Origin: Macrostomum lignano
Taxonomy: Eukaryota
Direction: 5' to 3'
Length of the DNA stretch: 54,016 nucleotides
Assembly (NCBI GenBank): GCA_002269645.1
Contig: NIVC01003284.1
Span: 1 to 54,016, forward strand
Made by a program: the position numbers and the translations under genes. The notes below the pieces were generated by a model. That model worked only from the letters and a program-made list of their open reading frames with translations, was not told where the DNA came from and ran no database searches. Position 1 is the stretch's first letter, and each line of letters opens with the position of its first letter. This document shows, piece by piece, positions 48,121 to 54,016 of the stretch.

Positions 48121-48420
48121 GGGGTTGTAGCCTAGTGGTTAGAGCGTCGGACTCACGACTTGAAGGTCAGGGGTTCGATTCCCGATCCAACTGGAACAAT
48201 TTGCGTCCTTGAGCAAGACACTTACACTATAACTCTGCGTTGCTTCAGTTCACCCAGCTGTAAAATGGGTGCCATTAGCTAGCTGGGGTAATTGAGGGTG
48301 TGTGTGGGACCCCCAGTCCTTGGACTGAACAGCCGTGACCGTAACAGCAATAGCTGCGGCTGAGCTGTCGGTTGCACATCTGCCCATTAGGACAGGAGTA
48401 ATCATATTATAATATTATTA
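48121..48420 (+). mobile_element. tRNA-derived CORE-SINE, about 300 bp
   Basis: A box TAGCCTAGTGG and B box GGTTCGATTCC. 48203-48269 (GTCCTTGAGCAAGACACTT...CTTCAGTTCACCCAGCTGTAAAATGGG) aligns by eye with the MIR CORE consensus. The tail is ATT-rich; no clear TSD. Confidence 0.78.
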
Positions 48421-48965
48421 CATGGAAAATTTTGTCCTATCCTTATAGCGTTTTTCAAGGATTTATCCTTATTATCCTTATAGTGCCACAACCCCTACCA
48501 TCAACTGTAGCTAAGGCTTCATCTTTTACAGTAAGATTTTCTAGCATTTTATTCGATCGAAAACAGTTAATTATAACTATTTGTAATGTGAATAAATTTG
48601 TGCTACAAATGCCAAACGTTTCCAAGCTGAGAAAATTTGAATGAATCTAATTTTTTGTTATAAAATAGCCACACTCCAGGCTTGGCCCCGCACCATAGGG
48701 ACAAACGAGAGGCTCCTGATGGTAGCTCTTCTCCTATTTAGTTAGAAGAGAACCAGACTCCGTCTGGAGCCTTTCATGCTGTCGTCCACTCCAACTCTCT
48801 CGCTGTTTCATTTGCCGTTTAAATTATTAATGAAATCGCATAGCATGGTTGGCTCACGCTTGCTTCCAGTTAAAACCGGCTTTAACAAACTCTTTTTTAA
48901 CTGCCTGAGAAAACCTGGCAAAGTGTGGATGGCTGCTCGGAGCCTGCGCTGTATCAAGCTGATTC

Positions 48966-50785
48966 GAGAAGAGAGGTGAGAAGAGAGGTGAAGAGAGGAG
49001 ATAAGAGGAGAGGAGAGGATAAGAGAGGTGAAGAGAGGAGAAGAGAGGGGAGAAGAGGAGAGGTAAGGGGAGAAAGAGGTGAGGAGAGGAGAGGAGAGGA
49101 GAGGTGAAGTGAGGAGAGGAGAGGGGAGGAGAGGGGAGAAGAGGAGAGGAGAGGAGAAGAGAGGTGAAGAGAGGAGAGGAGAGGGGAGAAGAGGAGAGGT
49201 AAGGGGAGAAAAGAGGTGAAGAGAGGAGAGGAGAGGAGAGGTGAAGATAGGGGAGACGAGGAGAGGAGAGGGGAGAAGAGGAGAAGAGAGATAGGGAGAG
49301 GAGAGGTGAGGGGAGAAGAGAGGTGAGGAGAGGAGAAGAGAGGTGAGGAGAAGAGAGGTGAAGAGAGGAGATAAGAGGAGAGGAGAGGAGAGGTGAAGAG
49401 AGGAGAGGTGAGGAGAGGAGAGGTAAGGAGAGGAGAGGGGAGAAGAGGAGAGGAGAGGAGAGAAGAGAGATGTGGAGAGGAGAGGTGAGGGGAGAAGAGA
49501 GGTGAGGAGAGGAGAAGAGAGGTGAGGAGAGGAGAGGGGAGGAGAAGAGAGGTGAGGAGAGGAGAAGAGAGGTGAGGAGAGGAGAGGAGAGGAGAGGTGA
49601 GGAGAGGGGAGGTGAGGAGAGGAGAGGAGAGGAGAGGGGAGGAGAAGAGAGGTGAGGAGAGGAGAGATGAAGAGAGGAGAGGAGAAGAGAGGTGAGGAGA
49701 GGAGAGAAGAGGAGAGGAGAGGAGAGGGGAGAGAAGAGAGGTGAGGAGAGGAGAAGAGAGGTGAAGAGAGGAGATACGAGGAAATGAGAGGAGAGGTGAA
49801 GAGAGGAGATAAAAGGAGAGGAGAGGAGAGGTGAAGAGAGGAGAGGTGAGGAGAGCAGAGGTAAGGAGAGGAGAGGGGAGAAGAGGAGAGGAGAGGAGAG
49901 AAGAGAGATGTGGAGAGGAGAGGTGAGGGGATGGTATCTCCAACTGCCGCCAATCTCGTGCGGCAGTGCCCAATCCGTCCCTCAAGCTGCGGAGAATCCT
50001 TTTGAACGAAAATCGAAAATATATCCGCGCTCTCACTATGGCCTTCACAGGTCACGGTTGCTTTGCCAGGCACTGTTTCCTCCGAAGTGCCCGCCGGAGC
50101 GAACTCTGCCCTTTCTGCAACCTCGAGAACGAAGACGCCAAGCACTTCGTCTGCTACTGCCCGGCCTTCAACCGAGACCGGCTCAACCACCTCGGGCCCA
50201 ACCCGTCCCTAGACGACGTTTGTCGGCCCGAGAACATCCCACGGCTCATCCGGTTCCTCCGGGCCACCAAGCGAGCCTCCGTCTTCCCCACCGAAGACAA
50301 CGCTGCAGACAGGACCGGCAGACCTCCCTGACCGGCCCCGCGCCCTAGCCTATGCTGGTCTTTCAGGGATTAGCGGAATGGGCGACGCTCGCCTCCCCAC
50401 TGCGTCTTCGGACCGCCCTGCAGCTAAGTCAAGTAAGTCAGAGGTGAGGGGAGAAGAGAGGTGAGGAGAGGGGAAGAGAGGTAAAAAGAGGTGAAGAGAG
50501 GAGAGGAGAAGAGAGGAGAGGAGAAGAGAGGTGAGGAGAGGAGAGATGAAGAGAGGAGAGGAGAAGAGAGGTGAGGAGAGGAGAAGAGAGGTGAGGAGAG
50601 GAGAGGTGAGGAGAGGAGAGGAGAGGGGAGGAGAAGAGAGGTGAAGAGAGGAGAGGTGAAGAGAGGTGAGGAGAGATGAAGAGAGGAGAGGAGAAGAGAG
50701 GTGAGGAGAGGAGAGGTGAGGAGAGGAGAGGAGAGGGGAGGAGAGTAGAGGGGAGGAGAAGAGAGGTGAAGAGAGGAGAGGTGAG
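48966..50785. repeat. Polypurine (GAGAG/GAGGA/GTGA) low-complexity tract, interrupted by a LINE fragment
   Basis: Directly visible; source of the (SPLLS)n ORFs. Confidence 0.95.
49931..50440 (+). mobile_element. 5'-truncated non-LTR retrotransposon (I/R1/LOA-like group) 3' end with TSD
   Basis: ORF 49966-50331 carries the ORF2 C-terminal CCHC motif (FTGHGCF...CPFC..ENEDAKHFVCYCPAF). Short TAAGTCAAGTAAGTCA tail; direct repeat GAGGTGAGGGG at 49920-49930 and 50441-50451. Confidence 0.85.
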
Positions 50786-51175
50786 TGGTCCTTGTACTCT
50801 ACTACTGTTATAGTAAACAGTTAAGCAAATAGGCGAACAGTGAAATTTACGTTGTCAAGACCGCTGTGTCTACAATCTGAACGACCGTGCCTGCTCAAGA
50901 CCGCTCGACTGCGATTACGACTACCCACCCCCGGAATTGAGGACCCGGCAGACGGAGTATCAAAGGAGAAAAGCGACTTGAACAAATCCGTGCAACTTTC
51001 CGGCTTTACGAGTGCCGAGTTAACGAAGGCGGGAATTCAAAGTTCTAGAAACCGCCCATACACCCCCACCAAATTTTCTTTTCTTTGCCCCATCTCACAT
51101 TTTTCCGCGAAAATCAGCCTTTAATAAATTTTCCAAGAAACGAAGTGCCCCGTCCTTCTTCTTCTAATGGTCCTT

Positions 51176-54016
51176 GGAAGTTGGGTTGACGCTTGGTCGC
51201 CATGATCTTAGCTGTCACTTGCAGCATTAAAGAATCGTCCCTCAGATTGATCCCGAGAGCAGTCGTAGAGTTAGGATCATTAACCTTACGAAAGACGTAC
51301 CATAGACATGCGAACATTTCGAGAAACTGCATCTTTCGTAAAGTTGCGATCACTCTTACGCATAGTCAAACTGTGTGGCCATCACAACTTACGTCTATGG
51401 TCCATTGTATCATGCGTAATCTTAGCGATATAAGGTCGGGAGAGTGCTGGCCTGAAGAATAGAAAGTAGTCTGCAGGGCCGCACTGGCGCGCTTGTCTGT
51501 TTTCAGGAGTCAGCGATATGGGTAGAATTGCATGCCCCAGCTAGCGCTGGAATTGTGTGACGATGTCACCGCCGAAGGCGTTGCTCCGCCAAGGTGCCCG
51601 CAACCCTCGTGCAATTGATATAATTAATGACGGTCTGTATGTGCAGGACTGTTAATGTTAAAGGTTCTGACTGACACCTCCCCCCTTCTGTAGTTGTTGT
51701 TAAACGATCGGCTAAACTAAAATACCGTATGCGATACGATCGGGTCCGCAAAAAATTTTTAAAAAATCCGAAGAAAGGCAAAACGGTTCAGTTTATCGAA
51801 TATGGATAGATTTTTTCGGTGTCACACAGTTTATTCATTTAGTGTCATTTAGTAGTAACTATGTAGTTTAGTAGGATCATACTAGTAAAAATATAGCTTG
51901 ATTCTGTATAGAAAATATAGCGATATAAGAATCGATTGAGAGAAAAGGTAAAAACAGTTTAAATTTTCGATTTTGACAGCAGTTTTGTTTATAAAAAGTT
52001 GCTTTAATTTTTGTCGTTTAAATTTATACAGAAAAGAAAGTTTGTTAGTCAGAAAACATGTCACATTAAAAACATAGGGGAATTATAGCTCAAAGTTGAG
52101 CTACTTCTAGTAGTAAGATTCTAGAAAAATAACTTATTTTTCGATGGCTGAACTTGATTTCTCGCTAAACTTGTTGAGTGCACCTCGGGAAAAGGACAAA
52201 TTAGCGAAAAGAAACAAAATATTGGAAATTTCAAGATTAAAACTTAAAACTTTCTACCTCCTAATTTAGTTTTACATGAAATCTGCATATGATATTGAAC
52301 TCCAAATCTCAAGAGCTACAGCTGCACGACTGCTGAGATTAGATTCTACCTGACCCGATGAAAACGGTACCCAGGCCAAGGTCCCCAGAGTCACGCGTCA
52401 CGCAAAAACCGGTAAAAAGGGTTAATAATAGGCAAAAAGTTAGTAGAAAGTTAAGCGCTAACGCAACGACTCTTACGTGACTCTTCTACGAATCTACAAC
52501 GATCACGTGACGCACGTTTTTTGTACTCCACAATCGCCTCTCCGTTGCATTTGAGTTGTTAAAATTTACAAGAGTCACCTCAGCGTTGCTAGAGCAGGTA
52601 GGGGTCGGCAGACTCCCGCCCATGGGTCACATGAATTCCGCAAAGCCTCCTAAACTTTACAATATAGCCATCCCACTATTCTGTTTTCTCCCCCCTTCTC
52701 TGGCCCGCAGTCATGCGCTTAGGTTCTCTTGGTCCTTGAGGTAAAAAGAGTTTGCCAAACCCTGTGCTAAAGTCATAAGAGGGTTGCTTGCAATGAGTTC
52801 TTGGTGAATAAAGTCATGTTAACGTTTTCAACCGGTGCTCACGGTGTACAGACGGAGCTAGCCACGATAGATATGTCTAGCTTCCCATCAGATTCGGTGT
52901 TGCTCCATCCGATCCTGAAACTTGCTTGGCTGAAGAAGCTGCATAGCTGGAGCCGCCGCCACCCGGATTGTCTTCTGCCCCACCGGAGCCGCCGCAGTAG
53001 CCACCGCCGCCGCCGCCTCCAGCTTTATTATTTCCATTTGTTCGGCCTCCACCGCCTCCCCCACCGTAGCCACCAAAGCCGCCTCCTGATCCGCCATCAC
53101 CTCCTGCCAAATTGCTTCCAACTGAGCCACAATGGTTGCCCCCTGGTGAAGTTCCAGGTGATTGCCATCCGGCACCGCCGGCGCCACAGTTGTCTCCGGA
53201 CGGGTTGCTTCCCGCGTTTTGATTGGCCAATCCGGAGCAGCCGCCGGTCGAACTGATTCCAGGGCTGCCTGTAGCCGAGTTGACGTCTGCTCCACCGCCT
53301 CCTCCTCCGGCCGCCAGCAGCAGGACGGGACTGCCGCCACTCGTGTAGACAAAAGTGCGCCTCCTCCGCCGCCGCCATTGCCATTGTTTCCGGGTTTTCC
53401 GACAACAATAGTCAACGTCTGAGAGCTGGTCAAGACAAAGTGGGCAATTTTTATAGCCCCGTTGCCACCGGCTGCGCTTCCGCCGGAACCTCCTTTGGCG
53501 CCACGCGCTTCGAACCGATAGCAGGCATTGTCCACAGGGGGCGTGTAGTTCACCGGTGTTCCATGTTGTTTTGAACCGAGGTTGGCACTGAAAATTGAAA
53601 TTGACGATTCGAAGTTATGCACTAAATATAAATTCATTGGACAACAAAATTAGATGGACGCTGCACTAAAAAATGCATGTACTGTAGTCTCCTGTGCAGC
53701 ATTTTCAGAAACAATGTAGCTTGATAAACTTTTGTGTGCGCCTCGGACACAACAGACCCTAATTGATTCATTTGAAATTCGAAATTTCAATTTCAATATG
53801 TAGGAAATTTCTTGCTAAAAAATCCTGAAAAACTGAAGATTGAAAGTACGATGTTTGAGTCTTTGAAATATGCAAATGGCTTCATGAGCTCTGCGGGCGC
53901 CGCTGTCTCCCCTGCTGGCGGATGTCACATCCAAGAGGAGCCACAAGTTAAGCTGCCTGTCCTTTGTCCAGCTCGATATCTCTTTTTTATTTAGCTTTAA
54001 CTAAGAGAGCAATTTT
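51176..54016. repeat. Segmental duplication copy B (runs off the right edge of the window)
   Basis: Collinear with 43103-46040; contains an extra segment at about 51330-51615. Confidence 0.9.
52847..53587 (-). pseudogene. Paralogous ALK/LTK-type glycine-rich-domain exon with three 1-nt deletions (pseudogene or consensus errors)
   Basis: Same splice acceptor as copy A (53588-53589). One C is missing at each of about 53577, 53358 and 52903 relative to copy A. The other indels are in frame, e.g. the 12-nt LANQ insertion. Confidence 0.7.

Noticed and set aside
48121-48192. tRNA genes at 48121-48192 and 22704-22775
   Set aside because: A and B boxes are present but the cloverleaf stems are imperfect, and each continues into a SINE body and tail.
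48808-50190. (SPLLS)n ORFs of 364-460 aa
   Set aside because: Antisense reading of the polypurine tract plus the LINE fragment.

Overview
Eukaryotic (metazoan) genomic DNA, very rich in repeats. The TTAGGG motifs, GC-rich exons and private minisatellites suggest a free-living flatworm such as Macrostomum; this is inference and unverified. 1-11186: head-to-tail array of at least 7 copies of a non-autonomous Helitron-like element (minus strand). Each complete copy carries a short telomeric (TTAGGG)3-4 tract. 11936-42324: three co-oriented + strand genes, PACS (9 exons), mitochondrial ribosomal protein L27 (2 exons) and mitochondrial ATP synthase subunit b (3 exons). Their introns are inflated by different minisatellites, MITEs, a tRNA-derived SINE and an intact DD37D (maT) Tc1/mariner transposon. 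44940-47316 (minus): a two-exon gene that the ORF track splits into two ORFs. Spliced, it encodes a secreted protein with a signal peptide, a PAN/apple-like domain, a Thr-rich mucin stalk and an ALK/LTK-type glycine-rich domain; this is the most unusual coding feature here. A diverged duplicate of its last exon lies at 52847-53587. A CORE-SINE and a 5'-truncated LINE sit between the two copies. All gene models were built by eye from splice signals and recalled family motifs; no database search was run.
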